Positions 25,995 to 39,692 of a stretch of 64,000 bases of DNA are shown here, in pieces. The stretch covers positions 310,001 through 374,000 of the forward strand of contig NIVC01000829.1 of NCBI GenBank assembly GCA_002269645.1. Reading direction: 5' to 3'. The stretch is from Macrostomum lignano. Its lineage: Eukaryota. The first letter of the stretch is position 1, and every line of letters begins with the position of its first letter. Position numbers and translations under genes: made by a program. The notes below the pieces were generated by a model. The model was not told the origin of the DNA and did no database searches. It saw nothing but the letters and a program-made list of their open reading frames with translations.

Positions 25995-26870
25995 CAACTT
26001 GCTCTTTCAACCACTTGTTTCAGTTGTACGATACTAATATTCAACTTTTCCGACTTTGTAAATATTTTTTGTTTCACTATAGCTTAGCACTGGTAGTTAG
26101 AAGCTCTAATTAGTGAAGTCAGTAGATCTGCAACAGAAATTCTCGTGTAAAGTTCGCTGTTAATATGCAACTCCATTCCACAGTCCACAACTGCATTCTG
26201 CTTAATTCCGTGTTAACCACTAAATTTTCAGTTGCCAAAAATTTAAGGCATTTTTATAAATTTGCTTACTGATACCTAAAAGTATTTGTTTAACTGTCGA
26301 CCCTTTTTGCACAGGTTGAGACGGCCAGCTTAGTTCCACGTTATTTAAAGTACGAATTGTACTCAAACTTAAAAGCTCTCTGCCAACAGTTGGGCATCAA
26401 AAGTACTAAATTAAAAACTAACAACGTGGAACTAACCTACCTGGTCTTGATTTTTTGCTGTAATTTCATTAAATGTGTATAGTTTCTGCTGTTTATTAAA
26501 ATAAAACAAAACAATCACTAATTAGAAATTAAATGATTTTTTATATTTTGTGTTCGCAACGAAATCGACAGACAAGTTATATTTTAATTACACTGTCTAC
26601 GTTAAGACCAACAAAAATGTTGGGGATAATAAAATACTTTTTTCAATGGCAAAAATCAGTTAAACAATAGGCAAAATTAAAAAATACACATATTTAGCTA
26701 CGGTGACAAATCATGGGTTTCGAAGAAAGCAGTTAACAATAACTTTATTGATGCGTCGATTCAGAGAGGCAAAAGTTTTAATTAACAACTTTATTATGTC
26801 CAGACTCTGTGCCTACAATCAGAAATGTAAACAAATCCACAATCCAAAGACTCAAAAGTCAAATCAGAAA

Positions 26871-29563
26871 TCAACAACAGCAGCAGAAACCTTTTCTATC
26901 ATCTGGGTCAACGTCAACAAACTGATTTTTAACGTCCAGCGCTTTCATCAAACCCTTCGACATGTAGTACGGCTTCTCCTTAGATCCGTCGTTTTTCGAC
27001 ACGTCAACCATTGCGCAGAGGAACATCGTGTCCACCGCAAAGTCGAATACGCTAAAGAATAGCGAACATATGATCCAGGTAGAAATGCCGATTAAAATTA
27101 CTGGCACAAAGAAATAATGCAAGTCCACCTCTAGGGACGAGTGAATTCGGATTTGCCCGTTAAAGAAAAGGAAGGCCACAGCCGTGATGAGGCCTGTGAC
27201 GATGAGCTTGCCAACGAATAGGACAAAACTGGTCACATTGTCCACCACCACAAATCGAACGCAGTTATTAAGAATAATTCCGAACGCTTGTTTGGCAGCT
27301 AAGCAAAAGTTTTTACCGTTAATGGCTGTGACTATGTAAGCATTCTTGGTTAGAAACTTCAGAAACTTCTCCAGACACCAGAAAAAGCACTTCAAACAGC
27401 AGAAAATGAATTTTACAAACAGATTCTCTCGGCCTTTCAGTTTGCTCTCCAGATAGCTGAGAATGGCTCGGATGAATTTGACGATGGCAATGAGCAGAGA
27501 GCCGAACGCGACTGTGCCCAGATGGTAGCGAACTGCCCGAGCCAGCGAGTGGAGAATAGGTAACGCCGGTATGTCTTTGGGCTTCTCCCAGGCCCAATAG
27601 TACGAGGCGAAGGCGCCAGCCAATACCAGCTGACCAAACGACACGACAAACGCGCTCAACCAGAAGCCCATAAATAAATTGTAGCCTTGCAGGTAATAGG
27701 ACCATTCGTTGCTTCCGTACCGCACAAACTGACAGGTGACGAAATCGGTGGCATTGTCGCAGGGCTCACTTTCTCTACTGGTGCTGTTCGTCTGGGCAAA
27801 CATCTTTTTACCTGTCGAGCCTAGCAGAACCGCGTTCAAAGTGAACGCTGCGATGACAAGAATTTGAAACAACAGCGGCCAGATCGGGAAGAACAGAGTG
27901 CTGGAGATCCCAGCGATGGCTTTGCTGGCCTCGCGGATCAGTGCAATGGCGAGCTGCAGTCGTTTTCGAAGGCACAGTAGAACTAACAGCACAATGAGCA
28001 TCACGATCCCGGATGTGATGCCGAAGGCTAGCCAGGTCTCCTTGATCCTCAGATAGACGGAGAAGTTTGTAGTGAAGTAAGAATTGCCCAAAGTGTCCTG
28101 AAACGACTGCAACGTCACGTCGAAGAAATATATCCAGAAACAGTAGCCGGAAATGGCGACAAAGACTAGGAAGAAGACTAGCAAACTGCCGTAGACCATG
28201 AAGGCGGCTGTGCAGCGAAGCAAGACGCACCAGATGAAAGCTACCACTGCTCCAATGCCGATGCCGCCAAGAATCAGGAACCGACTCGTCACCACATCGT
28301 TGAATGCGTCCTGGGCAACAGTAATTGTGCTTAGAAACAAGCTCAGGTAACTGCTGGCATTGGCAATGTCCGTGTACCGGATCTCTGTCAGGTTATCGCC
28401 AGTTCGCAGTGTGTTGCCGTCCTTCGATTCGATTCCAGCCAGCAGGTTGGGAATGTCAGCAAATATCGACGGTATGCAGCGGCCACCTACAGAAGTCGAA
28501 TTCAAATAATACGGAGCGCACAGGCCCTGACTGACCAGCTCGAACACGCTCAGCTGGGTATTGTTCTGCGGGTCGCCGTAGCGGCACACCATCTCCTGCT
28601 TGCGTCGAGCGACATCCCGAGAACTGCCCGGCGCCTCCTCCCGAGCCCACAGGTCCATCCAGGCCCAATTGCGATTCGGACACCGTTCGACGCACACCTG
28701 CGGATGAGAGGGGGAGCAGGGTAGCTTAGCCTCTGACTCTAATGCACACGTCAGAGTAACCTCCAAGGTTCGATGGCGTGCCACGGTGATGGCGCCACAC
28801 CATCATGGTTGCCAGCACTAAGGGGCGCCTGCGGTGCCAAAGCTGCTGTATAAGGCGGCGCCATGGATTCTGCCAGCCTACTGACCCGTGCAACATTCCG
28901 ACATCCGCCGCGAAGTATCCGAGGTAACCGACGGCGATAGATAACGATGTCGTCATACTTCGGCTACACGGCGGTGTACTTTTAGCGATCGACATCGGAT
29001 TGCTCTACGGATGTGGTAGAGGTGGGGTAGAGCTACGCCCCTGGGCCCAACCCCCATGAGAAAGTCAAGGCCGCTGTGCTCATCCAGGGTTCAGGCGGCA
29101 TCACTACTGCGGCAGTGTCAAAGCAACTGATCCCCTGTAAACATCATTGTGCATGTACACGTAATTAAACTAACTGACTGACCTGCGGAGTTGGGCAGCC
29201 GCCCGCTATGATAGCTCTCGGGCCCATCTTGAAGCATTCGAGCAGGTCGAAGAACACCAGGTGGCGCTGGTTGGCAGTCTGATTGGACCGGCCGCACAAA
29301 TTGCCTTGCGAATCGGTAGGGTAGATCAGTGTGTAAGGATCTCCTTGACTAGCGAAATAGGCCACCACTCCTAGGCCGCAGATGAACACAATAAACAGAA
29401 CCAGGCAGACAACGTCTGTGCAGCTACGATCCTTCATCTTGATGCGATAGGCCTGGTCTTCGTCGGCCTTCTGCTGGCGGGCCGACGAGCCGCGCTCCTG
29501 CATCTCGACATCGTTGCCCGCTGTCGTGTCGTCGGGCTCACCTCCAGAGCAGCAGCAGCTCAT
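26871..29563 (-). CDS. SLC44A: Choline transporter-like protein (SLC44/CTL family, CTL2/4/5-like), 735 aa; exons 29563..29183 and 28697..26871
   Basis: DRSCTDVVCLVLF, YPTDSQGNLCG, CPTPQ|VCVERCP, RYHLGTVAFGSL, CCLKCFFWCLEKFLKFL.KNAYI, AVDTMFLC and KPYYMSK are family motifs. Phase-0 GT-AG intron. Confidence 0.95.
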
Positions 29564-30012
29564 GATGAAGTTCTAACTAATCAATGTCGCTTAGTTACAG
29601 AAGCTATACAATAGAAATTAAATGTATGTTGCCTGACAAAGTCGAAAAATAGCAACGCCCAGAAGAAGTTTCCAAAAGCTATATTATATACGTAGTTTAG
29701 ACCGCTATTGCTGGTCTATTGATAAGAAGCAGGACTAAATTTTTTCTCTCTATTTTTCTGCCCTACAAAGTATTTGCTGGCAGTTTGGTGAGTCAGTTGA
29801 TAAGAAGCACTTTCTGTGACAGTTATAAAACTGTGTTGTGGCGGTTTTTGCAGGCATATAGCTGGGGAGTACACGTTCTCTCGCATTGCAGTAACTAAAG
29901 GCTATTCAGATTTTTGTGTACACAGGACGCCAACTAAAAATTGGAATTAAAAACACGGATGCGGTGTTGGTCAAAAATTTTAATTCAAACTGGGATTAGA
30001 GCTATTGTAGGA

Positions 30013-30235
30013 TTTACCTGATCCAGCTGGGATTTCATTTACCTGATCCAGCTGGGATTTCATTTACCTGATCCAGCTGGGATTTCATTTACCTGATCCA
30101 GCTGGGATTTCATTTACCTGATCCAGCTGGGATTTCATTTACCTGATCCAGCTGGGATTTCATTTACCTGATCCAGCTGGGATTTCATTTACCTGATCCA
30201 GCTGGGATTTACCTGATCGAGATGGGATTTACCTG
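30013..30235. repeat. 25-bp tandem repeat (TTTACCTGATCCAGCTGGGATTTCA), about 8 copies
   Basis: Directly visible. Confidence 0.93.
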
Positions 30236-31339
30236 AACAAGTAGGTAATTTAAATAAAAAATAAAGAAGTCTGAGTGATTAACGACAGATAAATATTTAC
30301 GGCTCAACATTGTGATCAAGATGATTGCAGTGACTGATACAGCCACATGAAAATACAATTGTTTTATATATTGTTATCTCATTTTGTATTTAATTAGGCA
30401 GACAAAAATTAGTTAACTTGACAATTATGGAAGCTACAAGAATTTAAAGCACATCAATAAATCATACTCACGCTCGTAAATTACACCGCTTTTACTTCTT
30501 AGAGTTAATTTAATAATGTGGAGATCGAAAAATATGAATTCATAAAGATAGAACATTATTTTTACTAGACTACTGATGACCTAAGTAATACAAAAAGTTT
30601 ATTACTATATTTTGTATTACACAAGAAGCAATTAAATATTATTAATAAGCAGGCAAAGAAAAGCAGAAGAGAATGACCTGCAACTAAAAGCCAATTAAAG
30701 CAGCTATAGCTCGTAAAAGCAAAGATTTAGGCTAGAAGAAGACGCTAAATCATCTCCATAACCTGTGACGTAATTATACCATCGCTTATTTACCAAAGGA
30801 AGACACTTCACTAACCAATTCACAATATAATGTTAAAACTTCAATAGGACATACAACATAAAGCAGATATATTTAATGAGCTCATATCATCAAAAGCTAA
30901 TCTCTAAACAATACTGCATATCGTCAACTAGTTAATTAAAACTACTAACTAACAAGTAGTTGCATGCGTTCGTTTAGCCTAGAATTTATCCAACAAAATT
31001 TACTAGAGTTAAAATTTACAACTCAAGCAAGATTAACATACTTTTAAGTAGTATTTAATGCGAATGATAGGCCTGGTTAATAACCGCCTTAAAATAGGGT
31101 AGGCGATCGGAACTGTAAGATGCTTATTAACAATACACAAAAGGTTAAATATAACAATTATACAAGCAATATAAGCTTTACAATACTGACGGACTGACAT
31201 GCACACAACATTGAAAATTAAAACACGCAACATGAGTGGCATAAAAACACAAAGGCAAAGGAAAAACTATTCAATTGTTACCTAAGCATCTCACAGAGCT
31301 GCTTTAAGTTTGCAGAAATCTTCGAGCGTAAAAGATCCT

Positions 31340-32040
31340 TCCAGCCAATCAGAAAGCAAGAGAAATCTAAGGAACCTCTCCCAGCCAATCAGAAAGCAAC
31401 AGAAATCTAATGAACCTTTTCCAGCCAATCAGAGAGCAACAGAAATCTAATGAACTTTTCCCAGCCAATGAAAAAGCATTAGAAATCTAATGAACTTCCC
31501 CCAGCCAATCTGAAAGCAACAGAAATCTAATGAACTTTTCCCAGCCAATCAGAGAGAAACAGAAACATAATGAAATTCTCCCAGCCAATCAGAGAGCAAC
31601 AGAAATCTAATGAACTCCTCTAGCCAATCAGAAAGAAACAGAAATCTAATGAACCTCTCCCAGCCAATCAGAAAGCAAGAGAAATCTAAGGAACCTCTCC
31701 CAGCCAATCAGAAAGCAACAGAAATCTAATGAACCTTTCCCAGCCAATCAGAGAGCAACAGAAATCTAATGAACCTTTCCCGGCCAATCAGAGAGCAACA
31801 GAAATATAATGAACCTTTCCCGGCCAATCAGAGAGCAACAGAAATATAATGAACCTCTCCCAGCCAATCAGAAAGCAACAGAAATCTTATGAACTTCTCC
31901 CAGCCAATCAGAAAGCAACAGAAATCTAATGAACCTCTCCCAGCCAATCAGAAAGCAACAGAAATCTAATGAACCTCTCCCAGCCAATCAGAAAGCAACA
32001 GAAATCTAATGAACCTCTCCCAGCCAATCAGAAAGCAACA
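31340..32040. repeat. 40-bp tandem repeat containing CAGCCAATCAG in nearly every unit, about 17 copies
   Basis: Unit CCCAGCCAATCAGAAAGCAACAGAAATCTAATGAACCTCT. Confidence 0.95.
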
Positions 32041-32454
32041 CTCATGCGTACTATAAGGCACCACAGAGAGGAGTTTAACACAGACAATAAAACTATAAAC
32101 ACAAACGCAATGATTAATATTAAAAAAAATAAGAGAACTGAATGGGTACAAAACAATAGTAATTAATTTCACGTCGCACCTCAATAATTTTTGTTTATAT
32201 CGACAGATTATAAATCGATATTTAGCTTTATAATTATAAATAAACATTTAATTCGTTAGACGTTATTGTATTAATTCATATTATACACTTAATATACATC
32301 ACGGGTCTGCCAACAGACCCAGGAGCCAGTTGAGAGCAAAACTTGAGAGAAGAGATCTGTAGAAGCGTAAATATTCAATATTATGGCGCTGATAGGCACT
32401 TATAAACATTTGATAGTAATGAAGAGCGCATCTTTACGATTGAAAATTCTATTG

Positions 32455-35010
32455 ATTATATCATTAGCTAGACTAGCAATCCATTTTATTGATTATATTC
32501 TTGGCTAGACTAGCAATCCATTTTATTGATTATATCCTTGGCTAGACTAGCAATCCATTCTATTGATTATATTCTTGGCTAGACTAGCAATCCATTCTAT
32601 TGATTATATCCTTGGCTAGACTAGCAATCCATTCTATTGATTATATCCTTGGCTAGACTAGCAATTCATTCTATTGATTATATCCTTGGCTAGACTAGCA
32701 ATCCATTCTATCGATTATATCCTTAAATAGACTAGCAATCCATTCTACTGATTATATCATTAGCTAGACTAGCAATCCATTTTATTGATTATATTCTTGG
32801 CTAGACTAGCAATCCATTTTACTGATTATATCCTTGGCTAGACTAGCAATCCATTCTATTGATTATATCCTTGGCTAGACTAGCAATCCATTTTACTGAT
32901 TATACTCGTATCCTTGGCTAGACTAGCAATCCATTCTACTGATTATATCATTAGCTAGACTAGCAATCCATTTTATTGATTATATTCTTGGCTAGACTAG
33001 CAATCCATTTTATTGATTATATCCTTGGCTAGACTAGCAATCCATTCTATTGATTATATTCTTGGCTAGACTAGCAATCCATTCTATTGATTATATCCTT
33101 GGCTAGACTAGCAATCCATTCTATTGATTATATCCTTGGCTAGACTAGCAATTCATTCTATTGATTATATCCTTGGCTAGACTAGCAATCCATTCTATCG
33201 ATTATATCCTTAAATAGACTAGCAATCCATTCTACTGATTATATCCTTGGCTAGACTAGCAATCCATTCTATTGATTATATTCTTGGCTAGACAAGCAAT
33301 CCATTCTACTGATTATATCCTTGGCTAGACTAGCAATTCATTCTATTGATTATATCCTTGGCTAGACTAGCAATCCATTCTATCGATTATATCCTTGGCT
33401 AGACTAGCAATCCATTTTACTGATTATATCCTTGGCTAGACTAGCAATCCATTCTATTGATTATATTCTTGGCTAGACAAGCAATCCATTCTACTGATTA
33501 TATCCTTGGCTAGACAAGCAATCCATTCTACTGATTATATCCTTGGCTAGACAAGCAATCCATTCTATTGATTATATTCTTGGCTAGACTAGCAATCCAT
33601 TCTATTGATTATATTCTTGGCTAGACTAGCAATCCATTCTATTGATTATATCCTTGGCTAGACTAGCAATCCATTTTACTGATTATATCCTTGGCTAGAC
33701 TAGCAATCCATTCTACTGATTATATCCTTGGCTAGACTAGCAATCCATTTTACTGATTATATCCTTGGCTAGACTAGCAATCCATTCTACTGATTATATC
33801 ATTAGCTAGACTAGCAATCCATTTTATTGATTATATTCTTGGCTAGACTAGCAATCCATTTTACTGATTATATCCTTGGCTAGACTAGCAATCCATTCTA
33901 TTGATTATATCCTTGGCTAGACTAGCAATCCATTTTACTGATTATACTCGTATCCTTGGCTAGACTAGCAATCCATTCTACTGATTATATCATTAGCTAG
34001 ACTAGCAATCCATTTTATTGATTATATTCTTGGCTAGACTAGCAATCCATTTTATTGATTATATCCTTGGCTAGACTAGCAATCCATTCTATTGATTATA
34101 TTCTTGGCTAGACTAGCAATCCATTCTATTGATTATATCCTTGGCTAGACTAGCAATCCATTCTATTGATTATATCCTTGGCTAGACTAGCAATTCATTC
34201 TATTGATTATATCCTTGGCTAGACTAGCAATCCATTCTATCGATTATATCCTTAAATAGACTAGCAATCCATTCTACTGATTATATCCTTGGCTAGACTA
34301 GCAATCCATTCTATTGATTATATTCTTGGCTAGACAAGCAATCCATTCTACTGATTATATCCTTGGCTAGACTAGCAATTCATTCTATTGATTATATCCT
34401 TGGCTAGACTAGCAATCCATTCTATCGATTATATCCTTGGCTAGACTAGCAATCCATTTTACTGATTATATCCTTGGCTAGACTAGCAATCCATTCTATT
34501 GATTATATTCTTGGCTAGACAAGCAATCCATTCTACTGATTATATCCTTGGCTAGACAAGCAATCCATTCTACTGATTATATCCTTGGCTAGACAAGCAA
34601 TCCATTCTATTGATTATATTCTTGGCTAGACTAGCAATCCATTCTATTGATTATATTCTTGGCTAGACTAGCAATCCATTCTATTGATTATATCCTTGGC
34701 TAGACTAGCAATCCATTTTACTGATTATATCCTTGGCTAGACTAGCAATCCATTCTACTGATTATATCCTTGGCTAGACTAGCAATCCATTTTACTGATT
34801 ATATCCTTGGCTAGACTAGCAATCCATTCTACTGATTATATCCTTGGCTAGACTAGCAATCCATTCTATTGATTATATCCTTGGCTAGACTAGCAATCCA
34901 TTTTACTGATTATATCCTTGGCTAGACTAGCAATCCATTTTACTGATTATATCCTTAAATAGACTAGCAATCCATTCTATTGATTATATCCTTGGCTAGA
35001 CTAGCAATCC
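32455..35010. repeat. 37-bp satellite (TTGGCTAGACTAGCAATCCATTCTATTGATTATATCC) with about 1.04-kb higher-order duplication
   Basis: Visible period; the rare variant TATACTCGTATCC recurs at 32901 and 33943. Confidence 0.95.
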
Positions 35011-35101
35011 AGCCTACATTTCTAAAGTACAAATCGGTAAAAAAAAGTGCCTTAGCGCACGCAGAGTTTTAAACATTAAGCAGCTGAAAGACCCAAGCAG
35101 C

Positions 35102-38100
35102 TCAAAGAATCTCGCAGGATATATAGTAGTTACAGCAGTAAAATCCGCGCTCTTCAATAGGCCTCGGCGGTATCAAATCAAGGTCATCGGCGTCCTGCTG
35201 ATCGTCCAGATTGTAGCCGTCTTTCAATAGTTGGTCGCGAATCTCGGCGTTAGTTAACCGGCGCATTGTGTGGGAGTCGTAGTAGGTGACGTCATCGTCT
35301 TCGTTGCTGAGGGCGATGGAAGAGGGATTTGAGATTGTGGCTGACATTGCTAAGGGGTGATTTTTAATGATTGTACGGGGTGATTCTTAGGGATGTTAGG
35401 GGCGAGTTTTTGGGAAGTTTAAGGGCGATTCTTAGGGAACTTAAGGCGCGATTCTTGGGATTTTAAGGACCGATTCTTAAGGAGTTTTAGGGGCGATTCT
35501 TAGGGATTTTAGGGGCGATTCTTAAGGAGTTTTAGGGGCGATTCATAGGGATTTTAGGGGCGATTCTTACGGAGTTTAGGGGCGATTTTTAGGGCGTTTA
35601 AGGGGCAGTTCTTAGGCATTTAAAGGGGCGATTTTTAGGGGTGTTTAAAGGGAGATTCCTAGGAAACTTAACGGCCGATTCTTAGAGAGTTTAAGGGGAG
35701 ATTCTTAGGGAGTTTAATGGGAGATTCTTAGGGAGTTTAAGGGGAGATTCTTAGGGAGTTTAAGGGGAGATTCTTAGGGAGTTTAAGGGGACATTCTTAG
35801 GGAGTTTAATGGGAGATTCTTAGGGAGTTTAAGGGGAGATTCTTAGGGAGTTTAAGGGGAGATTCTTAGGGAGTTTAAGGGGAGATTCTTAGGGAGTTTA
35901 ATGGGAGATTCTTAGGGAGTTTAATGGGAGATTCTTAGGGAGTTTAAGGGGAGATTCTTAGGGAGTTTAAGGGGAGATTCTTAGGGAGTTTAAGGGGAGA
36001 TTCTTAAGGAGTTTAATGGGAGATTCTTAGGGAGTTTAAGGGGAGATTCTTAGGGAGTTTAATGGGAGATTCTTAGGGAGTTTAATGGGAGATTCTTAGG
36101 GAGTTTAATGGGAGATTCTTAAGGAGTTTTAGGGGCGATTCATTGGGATTTTAGGGGCGATTCATTGGGATTTTAGGGGCGATTCTTACGGAGTTTCGGG
36201 GCGATTTTTAGGGCGTTTAAGTGGCGATTCTTAGGGATTTAAAGGGGCGATTTTTAGGGGTGTTTAAAGGCAGATTCCTAGGAAACTTAACGGCCGATTC
36301 TTAGAGAGTTTGAGGGGAGATTCTTAGGGAGTTTAAGGGGAGATTCTTAGGGAGTTTAATGGCAGATTCTTAGGGAGTTTAATGGGAGATTCTTAGGGAG
36401 TTTAAGGGGAGATTCTTAGGGAGTTTAAGGGGAGATTCTTAGGGAGTTTAAGGGGAGATTCTTAGGGAGTTTAAGGGGAGATTCTTAGGGAGTTTAAGGG
36501 GAGATTCTTAGGGAGTTTAAGGGGAGATTCTTAGGGAGTTTAAGGGGAGATTCTTAGGGAGTTTAATGGGAGATTCTTAGGGAGTTTAAGGGGAGATTCT
36601 TAGGGAGTTTAAGGGGAGATTCTTAGGGAGTTTAATGGGAGATTCTTAGGGAGTTTAATGGGAGATTCTTAGGGAGTTTAATGGGAGATTCTTAGGGAGT
36701 TTAATGGGAGATTCTTAGGGAGTTTAATGGGAGATTCTTATGGAGTTTAAGAGGAGGTTGTTAAAGAGGTTCAGGGGAGATTCCTACAAGAGTTTAAGGG
36801 GCGAAACCCGAAAAAAAGCCGACAGAAAATTTATCATTTATAAAAAACAACAGCTCACTTTTCGTCAGACCCGATGTCAACCAGCGGCTGGCCCTGTTCG
36901 CTCAGATAGTGACCCGAACTATTTCGCATCGGCACTTTGAGCTTGTCTCTGGACAGCAGATTGTATCGCCGAATGCGGGGCCGCTGGTCTAAAAAAACAT
37001 GGGCAAAGTAAAGTTATCAATGTACTTTTGTAGAATATTTTACATTAGAAAGGACAACCGTAACCGCAAACAACTGGCAACGCTAACCTGCTTTCTGCCG
37101 TCTCGATCGGCTCGGTTGACTTCGTCGGAACAGGCGAAAAAAGCCGGAATCGCTGCCTCTGGACACGGCCACCTGGATGGCACGAATAGTTGTTTGGCGT
37201 TAAAGAACTACGATATACTACTCACGCGTAAAAGTAGTCTGTCAAGCAAAAAACAGAAATCAAAACTGTGGCGATTTTGTAGATTTTAAATAACTACTTT
37301 ATGGTTTATAAGGGGTGATTATTGAGCGATATCTTGGGATATTAATGTGCTATGCTTGAGGATTTTAAAGGGCGATTCTTTAAGATTTTATAAAGACCGA
37401 TTTTTTGGAGGCTTTTAGGAGTGATTCTTAGGAATTTGAACAAGGGGCGATTTTTTAGGTTTTCGAATGCTTTTCTTGGGATTCGAATGCTATGCTCAGG
37501 GACTTTAAAAGGCGATTCTTAGAGTTTCGAGGGTCCTATTTTTGGGATTTTAATGAACGATTCTTAGAGATTTCAATGCAGGCAAGGAACATAGCCGCTT
37601 TTCCTGGCAAATTTAATGGGCGATTTTTAGGGATTTTAGGGGGCGATTCTTAGGGCTATTAAAGAGCGATTCTTAGGGATTTGAAGGGCGATTCTTGGGC
37701 ATTTTAAGGGGCAATTCTTGTGGATTTCAAGGAGCGATTCTTAAAGATTTGAAGGGCGATTCTTGGGGATTTTAAGGGGCGATTATTATGGATTTTAAGG
37801 GGCGATTATTGTGGATTTTAAGGGGCGATTCTTGGGGATTTGAAGGGGCTATTGTTATAAATTTTAAGGGGCAATTATTGTGGATTTTAAGGGGCGATTA
37901 TTGTGGATTTTAAGGGGCGATTCTTGGTGATTTTAAGGGGCGATTCATGGGGATTTTAAGGAGCTATTCTTGGTGATTTTAAGTGGCGTTTCATGGGGAT
38001 TTTAAGGGGCTATTCTTGGTGATTTTAAGCGGCGATTCTTGGTGATTTTAAGGGGCGATTCTTGGTGATTTTAAGAGGCGATTCTTGGGGATTTTAAGGG

Positions 38101-39692
38101 GCTATTCTTGGTGATTTTAAGGGGCGATTTATGGGGATTTTAAGGGGCTATTCTTGGTGATTTTAAGGGGCGATTCTTGGTGATTTTAAGGGGCGATTCT
38201 TAAAGATTTGAAGGGCGATTCTTGGGGATTTTAAGGGGCGATTATTATGGATTTTAAGGGGCGATTATTGTGGATTTTAAGGGGCGATTCTTGGGGATTT
38301 GAAGGGGCTATTGTTATAAATTTTAAGGGGCAATTATTGTGGATTTTAAGGGGCGATTATTGTGGATTTTAAGGGGCGATTCTTGGTGATTTTAAGGGGC
38401 GATTCATGGGGATTTTAAGGAGCTATTCTTGGTGATTTTAAGTGGCGTTTCATGGGGATTTTAAGGGGCTATTCTTGGTGATTTTAAGGGGCGATTCTTG
38501 GTGATTTTAAGGGGCGATTCTTGGTGATTTTAAGAGGCGATTCTTGGGGATTTTAAGGGGCTATTCTTGGTGATTTTAAGGGGCGATTTATGGGGATTTT
38601 AAGGGGCTATTCTTGGTGATTTTAAGGGGCGATTCTTGGTGATTTTAAGGGGCGATTCTTGGGGATTTTAAGGGGCTATTCTTGGTGATTTTAAGGGGCG
38701 ATTCATGGGGATTTTAAGAGGCGATTATTGTGGATTTTAAGGGGCTATTCTTGGTGATTTTAAGGGGCGATTCTTAGGGATTTTAAGGAGCGATTATTGT
38801 GAATTTTAAGGGGCTATTCTTGATGATTTTAGTAGCAATTCTAGTGGATTTTAAAGGTCGATTCTTGTGGATTTGAAGGGGCAATTATTGTGGATTTTAA
38901 GAGGGGATTTTTGTGAATTTTAAGGAGCGATTCTTGTGAATTTTAAAGAGCGATTCTTCAGGAATTAAAGGGGCGATTCTTGTGGATTTTAAGGGGTGAT
39001 TCTTGGGAATTTTAAGGGGCGATTCTTTAGGACTTGAAGGGGCGATTTTTAGAGGTTTCTAATGGTAATTTTTGGGAACTTTAATGGGAGACTATAGATA
39101 GTCAAATGATGACAAAAAATAGCTGGAAAAAAACTCTAGAAAGGATATTTATGTTACTTAAAGTAGCATCAAAACCAACGAGCTTGCAACAAAAATTAAT
39201 AAAATTGCAGAAGCAACGTAACGAAACCTTAACCATCAGTCCATCACCAATAATTTTTTTAATTTAATACCTATTTCCATTTTCTTTTATCTAAACACAG
39301 CAAGACTTACACGTGATGAAGTTGCATCGCCAGCAGCAATGCTTGTACTATTACTACACACAGTACTGTGATTATTATTACTAATCTGTTTTTGTTGGAA
39401 TTTCTGAAATACAAAAGCAACAGCTGGTTCAATTTTAAATGCAAAAAAGTATGAAATTTCAGGCAAAATCTCTCAGAATTCAGGTGATATTAAGCTATAA
39501 AGTACATATTAAGTAAATATTTAGATAGATTATTTAACTTCTGAGAAAACTCACCTTTGGCAAATCTAAATCGTGAATTCCACTGTTATCTTCCTCATCA
39601 TCATGCAATGCTGAATTGCCATTACCAGTGCGATGCTCTGTTGGATCTGCAGCTGACAGCATGGCACTGCCGCTGCCATCTCCACTTGCCAT
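35102..39692 (-). CDS. FAM219: FAM219-like protein, about 216 aa; exons 39692..39555, 39403..39311, 37172..37088, 36988..36859, 35306..35102
   Basis: C-terminus QLLKDGYNLDD...DDLDLIPPR...CC matches FAM219A QLLKDGYRLDEIPDDEDLDLIPPK..CMCC. PLVDIGSDE and NLLSRDKLKVP also align. All introns are GT-AG and phase-consistent (0, 0, 1, 2). The N-terminal exons are less certain. Confidence 0.8.
35380..36775. repeat. 23-bp G-rich satellite (GGGGAGATTCTTAGGGAGTTTAA) in the last FAM219 intron
   Basis: Visible period; the unit contains TTAGGG. Confidence 0.93.
37330..39090. repeat. Related 23-bp satellite (GGGGCGATTCTTGGGGATTTTAA) in FAM219 intron 2, with about 460-bp internal duplication
   Basis: Visible period; the block starting TTAAAGATTTGAAGGGCG occurs at 37741 and 38200. 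Confidence 0.92.

Noticed and set aside
28790-28835. GCCAGCACTAAGGGGCGCC in the SLC44 intron matching the 16-bp astacin-region repeat
   Set aside because: A single short match, probably a shared transposon sub-terminal motif
30013-35010. Regular 25-40-bp repeats resembling CRISPR arrays
   Set aside because: No unique spacers, no cas genes, eukaryotic context
35102-35347. Stand-alone 81-aa ORF
   Set aside because: It is the last exon of the FAM219-like gene (acceptor at 35307)
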